Source: Folioceros fuciformis (lineage: Eukaryota). From it: a stretch of 40,933 nt of DNA. This document shows, one piece after another, positions 1 to 12,400 of the stretch (positions within the stretch are counted from its first letter, which is position 1; each line of letters begins with the position of its first letter). The stretch is from contig JBNGIO010005439.1 in the NCBI GenBank assembly GCA_049999805.1, positions 62,001 through 102,933 on the forward strand. Reading direction: 5' to 3'. The notes beneath the pieces are model-generated. The model saw only the letters and a program-made list of their open reading frames with translations. It did not search any database and was not told the DNA's origin. Made by a program: the position numbers and the translations under genes.

Positions 1-1343
1 GAAGACCATGGCAGTCTCGTGCTTGCTCTCCACTTCTGCTATCTTGATTTGCGTGAGCCAATAAGATGCTGTTTCCAGAATGGAGAGTCCTGCTGCACAC
101 CTTCCTTCAGCAACTTTCTGAGGACCCTTCTTTAAGTTTTTGCACTGAGTAGAGGATATCTTGGAAGCAGCCGTATGGCCAACTTGACCTCTTACTGCCG
201 TCTTAAGTGGAGCTGGCGTTGACACACGTTCTGAGTTCCGTATGGAGGTGCCATGACTATCTGGCTTTGAAGGAGTTCTGAAATTCATAGATATGGAATT
301 CCCACGACTTGCCGGTTCTCGAGCAACCTGTTGGGGTTTAAAACCTTTGTTGTCAATATTGACGCTTGGACCCTGGCCAGCAATATCAGGAGTCACACAC
401 GTTGAAACGTCCTGTTTCTGTCTCGACACCTTTGACAGTGACTCCACATTGCCAAACTTGGAGGAGACCACACGAGATCCGCTAGCTCTGCCATGGAAAA
501 CAGTAGACACCACAATTGTACCACGCGCACGTCAGCTTTGGCATGAACCTGAGACGTTGAAGCTCCCACCGTCAAGCGAACCATCAAAAATATAACACCA
601 AGCACCAGTGAGCTAGACACCTTTTCGGGATAGACGGTGTGACAGGCCTTGCACCATTCCATTCCTTCAAAGGCGTCATTCCTCTCCGTTGCCTGGCTCC
701 AGCTGGCGTCTGCCTCTCAGAGACCTGGCCCACTAGCGAGGTCGAAGACAAAATCCAAAGCAAACCATCAACACCAAAGTTGAACCAAGGCCTCCTCCCA
801 GAAGAAGTTCGGCAATGCGGTCAACCAGCAGTCATCCATGTGTGACGCCAAAACCGTTTACAAAGCAGAAATACAGACAACGTGAGCAAAGAGGATGAAA
901 GCGCAAGCATGAAGAATGAACACTCCAGCAATTACAACAATGTAAAGAGCATACAGAGATTCCGAAAACGTTATCAGTTTTCCAGCCCGTAGCCGGCAGA
1001 TCGCTACTCAGTCCACAAGCAAGCAGATGCATCTTACGCGATCCCTCTCTCCGCTGGTTTCAGCTGCCAGGAGGTTGCGAGTTTCTTCGGAAGCCATCCG
1101 AAACCCCACTATAGATTGGAAAAGCGGAGGGAATAGAATCGCACCTGGGCGGGACGCCATGCTTGGCATACTCAGCTGCAGCGAATGTTGGCGCAGGGGG
1201 CGTCCGCATTAACTGATCGAGAGGCTCAAGATGCAGATGCAGCGGGCGTCACATTGGCGGTCCACGCCAACCTCTTCTCCGTGGGAGCAAACAACGGGGG
1301 AGGAAGGTGGCGCGGGATCAGCCAGTGAAGTGAGATCGTGCAT
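1..1343 (-). CDS. 5' part of a multi-exon plant protein of the microtubule-associated futsch-like family (runs off the window start)
   Basis: The minus-strand frame ending at base 1 reads ...GLSILETASYWLTQIKIAEVESKHETAMVF, matching the plant 'YWLxQIKLAExxxKHxxxxxFF' motif, after a long S/P/K-rich exon. The start is uncertain: ATG 1343 (MHDLTS) or ATG 1097 (MASEETR...DR|gtaaga). Confidence 0.6.
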
Positions 1344-1493
1344 TCCGCTCCTGGCGCCAATTTTTTTTTGAAAACACAGGCCAGTTTCGCCCTTATCGCC
1401 AGGTTTTAGCCATTTCAGTCGTGTCCGTTCGCGTTTCAAAGTCTTCGAGCCGGCCACGCCTGTTATCTCGTTTTCCCGCGTTACGAGTCGTCG

Positions 1494-2822
1494 ATGGTTT
1501 GTGGTTTGTGGAAGATGGAGGCGCCGCAGCAAGGCTGCAGCGCCTTTTTCCAAGACATTTGCTTCACGCCGGAGGGTGTAATTGACGCGTACATGTCTGG
1601 CTCTCGTGCAGGGATCGCGCCATTTCGCCCGAGCTCAATTTGTTATTGGCGTATGATTCCGGTCCCTCAAGATCCGAGCGCGTTCCTTGTGTCAGGCGAT
1701 GTCTGTGAGGAGAATCCTACAGTCCAAGATCCGGACGACTATGAGCCAGCAAGCTCTGTGATATCTATCTCAACATCGCACGTAACTGATTGTGTCCCTG
1801 GTATCAACAATCGGGTGTTGCAGGAACCAGGGCCCACGTATGCACAATTTGCACATGATCTTGACACATCTGGTCATGAGCTTCACCAGCGAATTGCTGC
1901 ATACAGTTTTCAGTACTGGAGACTGAGAAGGCTGTCACAGAACACACTCATCGGAACATCTGAGCAGAGCACTGTAGAGAACACACCGCGTTCTGTACAT
2001 AATGTCGGCTATACCTTAGAGCTCAGTCCCAAGCGGGTGCCCGAGATCAATCCGAGGTCTGGCGGCAGTGGTGGAGATGATATTGCCTGCGAGCTGGATG
2101 GCGGTGAAACGCAGCCATTTGCCTCGAAGAATGTTCTTGTAAGTCCTTCGTATGCCATTCCCGATGAGTCTGCTATCCGATTTGGAGCTGCAAGTAAACA
2201 TTGCTCAAATACTGCCAGACTTGGGAGTGTCACAGTCATTGCTGCGAAGTCACCAAAGTCGGAGCAGGACACTGGCTCAACGGCAACTTCAGAGGGAGCA
2301 TTCAGACCCCCCCAAATTCCTTCAAGGAACCGACGAGATACCGTAGTTGAGCCTGATTCTGACACCAGTGGTGATGTGTGCTCATCCAAGGCCTTGCAGG
2401 CTTCTGCCAATCTTGATGAGCTGCAGGCCCCTATCCCTGCGATCGAGTCGCAACCCTCGGAAGACTTGTCCGCCACGATTGATATTAAAACGTATAAGCG
2501 CAAGCCGAGACAGGATTTCACTGCCAAAGAAACCCTCTGCCTTGCTGAAGCTGTGAAGAAAGTGATTAATGTGTGGCCCAGACGAGAGAAACCTACCATT
2601 GCTTTCTGGAAAGCAGTCTTCGAGGCGACCCGTTTCCATGAAGCTAAAGGGCCTGCAAAACTTAGAACGAAGTGGTGGTATGAGCTACAGAAGAATAACA
2701 AGCGGCGGCATGGCAGTTCTGCCTGTTACTCTGTCGCAGGTGACAGAACTTTGAGCAAGGGCTGGCGGGGCAAGTATCGAGCACTAATACATGACCTTCA
2801 GACACACATTCACGAGCGATGA
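1494..2822 (+). CDS. Intronless protein with a disordered N-terminus and a C-terminal Myb/SANT-like domain
   Basis: 442-aa ORF (alternative ATG at 1515). The C-terminal KRKPRQDFTAKETLCLAEAVKK...FWKAVF...KLRTKWW resembles a Myb/SANT (TRF-like) helix pattern. Confidence 0.6.
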   Translation: MVCGLWKMEAPQQGCSAFFQDICFTPEGVIDAYMSGSRAGIAPFRPSSICYWRMIPVPQDPSAFLVSGDVCEENPTVQDPDDYEPASSVISISTSHVTDCVPGINNRVLQEPGPTYAQFAHDLDTSGHELHQRIAAYSFQYWRLRRLSQNTLIGTSEQSTVENTPRSVHNVGYTLELSPKRVPEINPRSGGSGGDDIACELDGGETQPFASKNVLVSPSYAIPDESAIRFGAASKHCSNTARLGSVTVIAAKSPKSEQDTGSTATSEGAFRPPQIPSRNRRDTVVEPDSDTSGDVCSSKALQASANLDELQAPIPAIESQPSEDLSATIDIKTYKRKPRQDFTAKETLCLAEAVKKVINVWPRREKPTIAFWKAVFEATRFHEAKGPAKLRTKWWYELQKNNKRRHGSSACYSVAGDRTLSKGWRGKYRALIHDLQTHIHER

Positions 2823-3637
2823 CCCTGCAATTCGTGCTGCGATGTGGAAGCTGATGTTCATCGTCAAATAGAGCTTACTGCCGGTATCGGATCGGTCACC
2901 TCCGTCCTTTTCATGATTATGTGATGATATGACATGGCTTAAAAAAAGGCCATCACGGAACGGATGTTGCACCCACATTTTCGAGCTTCAGCCATTCGAG
3001 AATTCGAAGCTCACAAACGGTGTGATTCGGATTTGTCCAGATGAATGCTTTCACCGCGAAATTTGTGTTCGCGTTCCCTTGCTTGAGTTGAGTGCCTTGC
3101 CCGAGGCGTTACTTGTGCCACCTCAAGTCTCACTCATTTGATTGCTTTTCAGTCGTGGGAATATCCGACTGCTTCAACTTTCTTTCTAAGTTACGTCTAG
3201 AGGTGAAGTGTTCAAATGTGTACCGCAACTCGACTTCTTTGCCTTGTCGAAGTTAGTTCAGCGGCTGAGTAAATCTTATCCCTGTAGCAACCAACTGTTT
3301 TGGCCCTGTACTTTAATTGAAACATGAAAGAAAACAACAATTCGATCTGTCCACGGCTCTTTGAGCTCTATTTTGCGAAGACCGGCAGAGTCAGTGGTTT
3401 GCACTGCACAGCTTCTAAACTCGCATAATATCCTCGTTCCAGCACCAGGACACGGGCACGCCGTGTTCCCAGAGTGAAAAAGTGTCGTCGAATTGGCATG
3501 ATCTAACGCACAATGCTATTCCCCGCAGTCAGCACACGGGAGAGGACAAGCAGGCAGGGTCCTGGGAAGGACAGCGCCGCCCTGAGAGAGCGGAGTACGG
3601 CGTATGTACGTACATTCACGATGCCGGAGAAAACGGT

Positions 3638-4353
3638 CTAGTGAAATTGGAGGTCAGGGACGCCGCCCTCAAATCCCATCCACTCTTCCCACTCGCTCCA
3701 GGACTCGTCTCCCACTCCCATCATCCCCTCCCAGCAGAAATCTGCTAAATCCTCGGTAGCATCCTCCTGTTCCAATTGCCTGACAATTTGCTGCACGCGG
3801 CAAACTCAGAGAAAATTAATGCCTGAACAAAGCATCTCTCTCACTCAGCGCCGCTACCCGCCCGAAACTGACTGAAACGCGGTGTCGCGTGCACACCTCA
3901 TAAGCCGCTCGCACTTGCTTAAACTTCATCTCGCAGTGATCTCCTTTGCAGACATCGGGATGGAACTGCAGACGCCAATTGCTCCGTCAGAGAGAGTGCG
4001 GACAAGGCAGAGGCAGGCCACAAACAGACCACTTCCCTAGCACCACTGCTCGGCGCCTCAAACAAAGCGAATTCCACAGCGGTGCAGGCCACCTGCAGAG
4101 CGAGCCTCCGGTATGCCGTCTTGACGTCGCTCTTGGACGCGTGGTGCGACAATCCGAGCACCTCGTAGTCGTCCATGGGGGAGGAATCGGAGGTAGGGCT
4201 GCCAGCCTGAGCCCGGACCGACATTCTCCGGGCCCTGCACTTGATGCTATCGGCACTGGAAACACCGCAGCCTTGCGAGTTCACGGTCCCGCTCCCTCCG
4301 TTCGTCGACACCGACTGCACCCAGGGTGAGCCTGCAGCTGCTGCCTGCGCCAT
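3638..4353 (-). CDS. DJC22: Small chloroplast J-domain chaperone (ATJ8/DJC22-like), 3 exons: 4353-4093, 3965-3897, 3790-3638
   Basis: The spliced product has a transit-like N-terminus, DDYEVLGL...KTAYRRLALQ|FHPDVCKGDHCEMKFKQVRAAYE (HPD motif) and C-terminal WSEWEEWMGFEGG typical of ATJ8. Both introns are GT-AG and keep the frame. Confidence 0.88.
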
Positions 4354-4410
4354 AGGTCTGTGTCCGACTTCACTCGCCGCGCCAGAAATCACCAACTGGC
4401 ACCGCATCAC

Positions 4411-4420
4411 ATATATATTT
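4411..4420 (-). promoter_or_regulatory. Candidate TATA box of the DnaJ gene
   Basis: AAATATATAT on the minus strand about 60 bp upstream of ATG 4353, in GC-rich surroundings. An ACGT-core element (gccacgtc) lies at about 4663. Confidence 0.4.
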
Positions 4421-5036
4421 CTCCCCCCGCCCCGTTAAAAGGTAGGTAGTAAGGTACATCCTGTGTGTATGTACACGCATGCCATGCCTCCTGGACCCCC
4501 GGCCAACAGCGCGACGAAGCCGAGAAGAGACCCGAAACGAAACGAGGAGGCGTGTGATGTGCAGACGCGCCACATGCGTATGCCTATGCATATATTTAGC
4601 GTGAAGCGCGACGGAATGACGGAGACAGGGAGATGCCCGAATGGGATTGGGGACCAGCCACGGCCACGTCATGGCGGGCCCTACCGAAGATTTCGCCTTC
4701 ATTTGTGCCCACCCGAGGCGCGGCGTAACACGGCACTCATCACTACACAACATGTATCCGGTTCACGACGCCCCCGGGCCTCGGCACGGCACAGTCCCAC
4801 GGCCCCGTCCTCGTTAAGTAACGCGGTAGGACCCACACTTTTGGACGTGGTACCGTGCCATTGGGAAGACTATTCTGCGGAGCAGATTTTCCCGCAGGCA
4901 ATCGAGCAGGAGTTTGGGTTGGGCGAGAGACTGAAACTGTTCTCATGGGATTCTGGATTGCATTCTGGCCTATCTCTATTTTCAATTGCACTTGGACTGC
5001 CCTCTCCCGTCGGCCCAGGAGTCTGTACTGTCTGCT

Positions 5037-8000
5037 TCAGCACATCCCAGCCCTGCCATGCCACACCCTGCTCTGCTTGACCCTCATCCCCAACGGAAAC
5101 CTATGCACCACTCCGTCCATGTCTGTCCACCAGCTCTCACCAGGCTGCTTCCATGCCCTCAACCTTTTCCTCTTGGCCTGCACCTTCTGTGCCTGCTCCC
5201 ACATCTGGGCTCCTGTGTAGATGTTGGACATCAGGACGTAAGCAGCAGCATCTTTCTGGTCCAGCTTCACCGCCTCCTTGAACGCATGCTGCCCCACCTC
5301 CACGTTGCTCCACTTCTGACACGCACCCAACAGGGTGTGCCAAACTGCACCATTAGGCAGTACAGGCATGGTTCTTACCAGGGCTAAGGCCTCGTTGAGG
5401 TGGCCTGCTCGACCCAGCGCATCCACCATGCACGTGTAGTGGGCCTGCGACGGCCTGACCCCGTAGTCTCTGCTCATGGCCTGGAAGAACTCCTGCGTCT
5501 TCTCCACCAGACCCGCATGGCAGCACGCTGTTAGTACGCTGAGCGATGTGATGCCGTCCGGCCATACCCCGTCGTCTCGCATCCTCTGCACCAGGTCGAA
5601 CACCGCTTCGCTGTCTCCCTGGCACGCGTAGCCTGCAATTAGGGCACTCCACGAGACGACGTTTCTTTCAGGTAACGCGTCGAACACCTGCTGTGCATCA
5701 CCCATGCTTCCGGACTTGCCGTACATGTGAATCAAACTGCTGGCTACGAGGCCGTCGGATTGAAGCCCTTGCTCTAAGATGTGCGCGTGAAGTTGCCTCC
5801 CCAGATACAGTGCTGCAGTCGATGCGCATGCCTGCAGCAGGCATACCAAGGTCACCTTGTTCGGTGCTGAGAGGCCTTCTTCTTGCATAGCACGGTAGAG
5901 GTGAAGTGCTTCCTGGCCCATGCCCTGCTGGGAATACCCTGCCAGCATGGAAGTCCACATCACCACATCCTTGCGGCTAAGCCCCTCAAACACTGTCTCG
6001 GCGGCTTCCAAGCTGCCACACTTTGCATACATGTTTACCAAACTGCTGGCTACAAACACATCAGCTTGCTGTCCTCTTTCTGCGATCTGTGCGTGAAGCT
6101 GCTTCCCCATTCCCAGTGCGGGGCTGCCCACGATTGCACATGCCTGCAGGAGGCAGATGAATGTCACGGGATCGCCTGCTTCGTCCATCCTGCCGTACAG
6201 ACGTAGAGCCTCCTGCCCCATACCCAGTTGCAAATATCCTGCTATTAGTGCGTTCCATGTCACCACGTCCTTTTCGCCCAAACCGCAAAACAATCTCTCT
6301 GCTTCTTCCAAGCACCCACACTTCACGTACATGTTCACCAAACTGCTTGCGAGAAATACGTCAACCTGGTCCCCTCGTTCTGCAATAAGCTTGTGAAACT
6401 CCTTGCCCATCTCCAAAGCCGGAGCACCGACACTCGCACATGCCTGTAGGAGGCAGACATAGGTCACGGAGTCAGGCACACAGACCCCTTCATCTTGCAT
6501 AGCACTGTATAGACGAAGGGCTTGGTGCCCCATGCCCTGCTGGGAATATCCTGCTATCATGGCATTCCACACCACCACGTTTTTTTCACCCACTCCATCA
6601 AACACGTTCTGTGCGTCTTCCAAGCTGCCACACTTTGCATACATATTTACCAAACTGCTGGCTACGAACACACCTGCTTCAAGTCCTTGATCTCGAATCT
6701 GCATGTGAAGCTGCTTCCCCTTCTCTAGCGCCCGGCTGCCCTCACTTGCACATGCCTGCAGTAGGCACACAAATGTCACACGATTGCGTACAGCGATGCC
6801 TTCTTCTTGCATCGCACTGTACAGGTGAAGGGCTTCCTGACCCATGCCCCGTTGGGAATACCCTGATATTATCGCAGTCCACATCACCTCATTCTTTTTA
6901 CGACATCCATGAAAAACTCTCTGAGAGTCTTCCAAGCTGCCACACTTTGCGTACATGTTCACAAGACTGCTAGCTACAAACACATCGGCATCGTGTCCTA
7001 GTTCTCTAATTTGCATATGAAGCTGCTTCCCCTTCTCCAAGGCTGGAGTGCCCACACTTGCACATGCCTGCAGGATGCACACAAATGTCACCGAATTCGG
7101 TACCACCAAACCCTCTTCCTGCATAGCAATGTAAAGTTGAAGGGCTTCAACGCCCATGCCCTGCCGCGAATATCCTGCTATCATGGCAGTCCAAGTCACC
7201 TCATCTTTTTTACTGAGTCCCTCAAACACTCTCTGTGCATCAGCCAAGCTCCCACACTTTCCATACATATTCACCAAACTGTTGGCTACAAATACATCAA
7301 CATGAAATCCTCGTTCCTGTATGTCAGTATGAAGACGCTTGCCCTTCTCCAATGCAGGGTTGCCCACGCTTGCACACCCCTGCAGGAGGGATGCAAATGT
7401 CACAACATTTGGTACAGCAATGCCTTCTTCAAGCATAGCGCTGTAGAGCTCAAGAGCCTCCTGCCCCATTCCCTGCTGTGAATATCCTGCTATCATGCAG
7501 TTCCACGTGACCACGTCTTTTCGGGCGAGACCGTCAAAAACTCTTTGTGCATCTTCCAGACTGCCACACTTTGCATACATGTTGACCAAGCTGTTGGTTA
7601 CAAGGACATCAGCTTCGAATCCATGTGCTCTAATCTGGGCATGAATCTGCTTCCCGTCACACAATGCTAGTCTGCTGACACCTGCACATGCCTGCAAGAG
7701 GGATACAAATGTCACGGCATCAGGTGCAGGCGTGCCTTCTTCTTGCATAGCACGGTACAGACGGAGGGCTTCCTGTCCCATGGCCTGTTGGGAATAGCCT
7801 GCTATCATCGAGTTCCATGTCACCACGTTTTTCTTTACAAGCCCATCAAACACCTTGCGTGCATCTTGCAAGCTGCCACATTTTGCGTACATGCTCACCA
7901 AGCTGTTGGCTACAAACAGATCAGCTTGGTATCCTTGTTCTCTAATTAGCCCATGGAAATGCTTCCCCTTCTCCAATGCTGGGGCACCCACCCTCGCACA

Positions 8001-9077
8001 TGCCTGCAAGAGGCACACAAATGTCACGGAATTGGGTACAGTCATGCCTTCAGCTTCCATAGCACTGTAGAGGAGAAGAGCCTCCTGCCCCAGCCCCTGC
8101 CTGCAATATCCTGCTATCATAGCAGTCCAGGTCACCACATTTTTGTGACGCAGTCCAGCAAACACATTCCTAGCGTCTTCCAAGCTACCGCACTTAATAT
8201 ACATGGTCACCAAGGAATTACAGAGCAACATATCAGGAACAACACCACTGGCCAACGCATCAGCATGCACCTGCTGCCCTGTTTCCAGGTCTGCCTCCCG
8301 TCCACAAGCCTGAAGGGCAGCCATGAAGACATGGCCATCCGGCTTCACACTCGACCTCCGCATTAGATGGTATAGTTCTATGGCCCTCCTGTCGTGTCCG
8401 TATTTAACGTGGGCGGAAATTATGGCAGACCAGGCGAAGGCATCTGGTTTTGCAACTTCTTCAAACACATCCATCGAGTCTTGCAACCTGCCATGAGAAG
8501 CATACATTCGCAGGATGTGGAAGCCCAGGAAAGTGTCTGACTGGTACCCGCTTACAACCGCGACGGAGTGGACGCGGCGACCCAGAACAAGATCCTTCTT
8601 GGCTACACATCGACTCAGCACCCTGTAAACCAGAGATTTGGGAATGCAGCAGTCTGTCTGCACCAGAAGCTCCAATGCCTCCACAGCCTCAGCGAGATGC
8701 CCTTCACGACATAGCTTGCTCACTGTTAGAGCCATCACGCCGCTGTCATGATCTGCAGGTCTTCCAGGGCCAGGACCTTGCGGCAAGCTTCTGCCGAGCG
8801 CAGCGAGCTGCACATCCATCCAACCTGCCTTGTAGACATTGTTCAACCTGACGACCTCTCGGGACTGCTTGGTCCGGTCGCCAGACCCATGGTCCTGGAA
8901 ATACTGTCGCCACAAATTCTCCAGCCCAAGACCCTCTCTGGAACATCTGCCTCCACCCAGACATCCTCCAGGACGGCCGGGCTGTCTCACGAGGAACCCG
9001 TACCAACCCAACTGTTCGGGCGTCAACGGTGAAGTCAGGCGACTGTGACATCTTCTTAAAGTACCCACAAACTGCAT
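5037..9077 (-). CDS. PLS-class PPR protein 1 (E+ type, 7 P-LL-S units, no DYW)
   Basis: 1346-aa ORF with repeats VVTW.AMIAGYSQQG / VTFVCLLQACASVG / SLVNMYAKCGSL, then P2-L2-S2-E1-E2 and KQPGESWWTDMDGVVHRF. Confidence 0.95.
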   Translation of the reverse strand: MQFVGTLRRCHSRLTSPLTPEQLGWYGFLVRQPGRPGGCLGGGRCSREGLGLENLWRQYFQDHGSGDRTKQSREVVRLNNVYKAGWMDVQLAALGRSLPQGPGPGRPADHDSGVMALTVSKLCREGHLAEAVEALELLVQTDCCIPKSLVYRVLSRCVAKKDLVLGRRVHSVAVVSGYQSDTFLGFHILRMYASHGRLQDSMDVFEEVAKPDAFAWSAIISAHVKYGHDRRAIELYHLMRRSSVKPDGHVFMAALQACGREADLETGQQVHADALASGVVPDMLLCNSLVTMYIKCGSLEDARNVFAGLRHKNVVTWTAMIAGYCRQGLGQEALLLYSAMEAEGMTVPNSVTFVCLLQACARVGAPALEKGKHFHGLIREQGYQADLFVANSLVSMYAKCGSLQDARKVFDGLVKKNVVTWNSMIAGYSQQAMGQEALRLYRAMQEEGTPAPDAVTFVSLLQACAGVSRLALCDGKQIHAQIRAHGFEADVLVTNSLVNMYAKCGSLEDAQRVFDGLARKDVVTWNCMIAGYSQQGMGQEALELYSAMLEEGIAVPNVVTFASLLQGCASVGNPALEKGKRLHTDIQERGFHVDVFVANSLVNMYGKCGSLADAQRVFEGLSKKDEVTWTAMIAGYSRQGMGVEALQLYIAMQEEGLVVPNSVTFVCILQACASVGTPALEKGKQLHMQIRELGHDADVFVASSLVNMYAKCGSLEDSQRVFHGCRKKNEVMWTAIISGYSQRGMGQEALHLYSAMQEEGIAVRNRVTFVCLLQACASEGSRALEKGKQLHMQIRDQGLEAGVFVASSLVNMYAKCGSLEDAQNVFDGVGEKNVVVWNAMIAGYSQQGMGHQALRLYSAMQDEGVCVPDSVTYVCLLQACASVGAPALEMGKEFHKLIAERGDQVDVFLASSLVNMYVKCGCLEEAERLFCGLGEKDVVTWNALIAGYLQLGMGQEALRLYGRMDEAGDPVTFICLLQACAIVGSPALGMGKQLHAQIAERGQQADVFVASSLVNMYAKCGSLEAAETVFEGLSRKDVVMWTSMLAGYSQQGMGQEALHLYRAMQEEGLSAPNKVTLVCLLQACASTAALYLGRQLHAHILEQGLQSDGLVASSLIHMYGKSGSMGDAQQVFDALPERNVVSWSALIAGYACQGDSEAVFDLVQRMRDDGVWPDGITSLSVLTACCHAGLVEKTQEFFQAMSRDYGVRPSQAHYTCMVDALGRAGHLNEALALVRTMPVLPNGAVWHTLLGACQKWSNVEVGQHAFKEAVKLDQKDAAAYVLMSNIYTGAQMWEQAQKVQAKRKRLRAWKQPGESWWTDMDGVVHRFPLGMRVKQSRVWHGRAGMC

Positions 9078-9464
9078 GATCCAGCAGACGGGTCATGCCT
9101 GCTGTTGCATCCATAAATCACAGCGCAACGCAAGTCCTGTCCAGTCCTGTCAAGCCATTACAATCTCTGCGTTTGCACTTGAGTCAGGCAGCAACTGGCA
9201 ACATACAACAGGACCAGCTGGAGGAGCCATGTTTGTTAGACCGGGCAAGCTAGTCTTGGTGGCGTTACGGGGATTCCAGACCGAGCTCCACCCCCCTCAC
9301 CTCATGGAACGCGTCATTGGCGACCAAGGACGCCGCGGGGTTCAGTGCCTTTGCAAGATAACCAGCTTGTCACATAGGATGTCTGGTACGAGAGACATGT
9401 TCCAGCGAATGCTGTTTGCAGGCTCGTACTCGTCGCAGGTGTAGTAGCTGGCGAGCGCAGAATA

Positions 9465-12400
9465 ATGAGAGGAGCAGGGGGGGGGCTTGACTGTTGCCAC
9501 ACGTTCTACAAATCAGCTCGGGTGGATGCCCAGCTTGATTGTCTACATGTAGAGATGGGTCCCGGTGTCTGGAGCTTGCCGCATGATTGTGGCCCTGGAG
9601 GTTCTGCGGGATATGACAGGGGCGTGACGGCTGACATTGTGAGCACCTTGTGTCGTGAGGGCTGTGTTGCTGAGGCTGTGGAGGCTTTGGGAGTGCTGGT
9701 GCAGACGGACCGTTGTGTTTCCAAAGCTCTTTTTCATACTGTCTTGAAGAAGTCTGTTGTGGAGAGGGATCTTGTTGTGGGTCGTCGCGTTCATGCTTAC
9801 GCGGTGAAGGGGGGTTATGAGTCGGACACGTTCTTTAGCAATCACATTCTTCGAATGTATTCTTCTCATGGCAGGCTGCAGGACGCGATGGATGTGTTCA
9901 CCATAGTTGCGGAACCGGATGCTTTCATGTGGTCTTCCATCATTTCTGCCCATGTGAAACACGGACAGGAGAGACAGGCTATACAGCTGTATCATCGGAT
10001 GTGCAGGGCAGCTGTGAAGCCAGATGGCTACGTATTTGTAGCAGCCCTTCAGGCTTGTGCACGAGGATCCGACTTGAAAACCGGGCAGCAGGTGCATGCT
10101 GATATCGTGGCTGCCGGAGTTGAGTCTGATTTGTTTGTTTCTAGCTGCTTGGTGGACATGTATGCCAAGTGTGGCTGCTTGGCAGAAGCACAGACTGTGT
10201 TTGACGGACTCGGTCAGAAAAATGTGGTAACTTGGAATGCAATGATGGCAGGTTATGCCCAGCAGGGCAAGGGGCTTGAGGCCCTTCGTCTGTATAGGAG
10301 TATGCAAGAGGAAGGTACCTCACTTCCCAATTGCGTCACGTTTGTGTGCCTCTTGCAGGCATGTGCGGGTTTGGGCAATTCGCTTTTGGGGATGGGGAAG
10401 GTGCTTCACTCACAAATAAGAGAACAAGGACACGATGCTGATGTGGTCGTAGCTAACAGTTTGTTGAACATGTATGCAAAGTGTGGCAGCCTCGAGGATG
10501 CTCAGGAAGTATTCGACGGACTTGGTCAAAAAGATGTAGTGTCGTGGAATGCCATGATAGCAGGGTATTCTCAGCAGGACATGTTCCAGGAAGCCCTTCG
10601 TTTATACACTGCTATGCAAGAAGAAGGCATCACTGTACCGAGCTCCGTGACGTTTGTGTGCCTCCTGCACGCATGTGCAAGTGTGGGCACCCCAGTGGCA
10701 TTGGAGAAAGGCAAACAGCTCCATTTGCACATCAGAGAACACGGATACGAAACTGATGCGTTTGTGGCCAACAGTCTGGTGAACATGTATGCGAAGTGTG
10801 GCAGCTTGCACGACGCGCAAATAGTGTTTGATGGTCTTGGCCGAAGGGATGTGGTCACATGGACTGTGCTAATTGCAGGATATTGTCAGGAGGGCTTGGG
10901 CCAGGAAGCCCTTAGTCTGTACAGTGTCATGCAAGAGGAAGGCATGGTTGTACCTGATTGTGTGACTTTTGTGTGCCTCCTGCAGGCATGTGCCAGTGTG
11001 GGCCCCTCAGCTCTGGAGAAGGGGACACAGCTTCATGCAGAAATTAGAAAACAAGGATACCACGCTGACGAGATTGTGGCGAACTGTCTGATACACATGT
11101 ATGCAAAGTGTGGCAGCCTAGACGATGCGCAGAAAGTGTTTGACGAACTTGGTCACAAGGGTGTGGTGATGTGGAATGCTATCATAGCAGGGTATTGCCA
11201 GCAGGGCAGGAGCCATGAAGCTATTCAACTCTTCAGGGCTATGGAACATGAAGGCTTGGCCAGACCCGATTCTGTGACATTTGTGTGCCTCCTGCAGGCA
11301 TGTGCGAGCGTGGGCGCGCAAGCATTGGAAATGGGAAAGCAGCTTCATAGACAAATAAGAGAAGGAGGACATCAACATGACTTGTTTGTAGCAAACAGTC
11401 TGATAAACATGTACGCCAAGTGCGGTAGCTTGCATGATGCTCAAGGAGCGTTTGATGGACTTGATCAGAAAGATGTCGTGACATGGAATGCCATGATAGC
11501 CGGGTATTCCCAGTTGGGTATGGGCCGGGAAGCCCTTTATCTCTACAATGCAATGGAAGAAGAAGGCATCAATGCACCTGATTCAGTGACATTTGTGTGC
11601 CTCCTGCAGGCATGTACAAGCCTGGGCTCCGCTGCCCTGGAGAAAGGGAAGCAACTTCACTTACAAATCAGAGAACGAGGACACCAAGCTGATCCGTTTG
11701 TAGGGAACAGCTTGGTACACATGTATGCAAAATGTGGCAGCTTGGGAGACGCTCAGAGTGTGTTTGACAGCCTGGGTCAAAAGGATGTGGCGACATGGAC
11801 TGGGCTAATTGTAGGATATTGTGAGCAGGGAATGGGCCAGGAAGCCCTTTGTCTTTACAGTGCTATGCAAGCAGAAGGCATTGTTGTGCCTAATTCCTTG
11901 ACATTTGTGGGTCTCTTGCAGGGATGTGCAAACGTAGCAGGTCTACATCTGGGAAGGCAGCTACATGCACAGATTGAAGAACAAGGGCTTCAAGCTGACA
12001 TGTTCGTTGCAGGCAGTTTGATAAACATGTATGGTAAGTGCGGATGCATCACCGATGCACAGCAGGTGTTTGATTCATTGCCTCAGAGAGATATTGTCAT
12101 CTGGAGTGCACTGATTGCAGGCTACACTTGTCAAGGAGACAGTGAAGCGGTTTTCGACCTGGTCGAGAGAATGAGAGAGGATGGCATACGGCCCGTTACC
12201 ATCACATTCGTTAGTGTCCTAACAGCATGCAGTCATGCGGGTCTAGTGGACAGAGGGATGGCTTATTTTGAGGCTATGAGCACACACTACGGCATAACCC
12301 CTACCGTGGAGCACTACACATGCATTGTAGACCTCCTGGGCCGTGCAGGCAGACTGGACGATGCACTAGCTTTGATAAGGACAATGCCTATTCCGGCTGA

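Noticed and set aside
2009-2701. 230-aa minus-strand ORF
   Set aside because: Antisense shadow of the Myb-like ORF.
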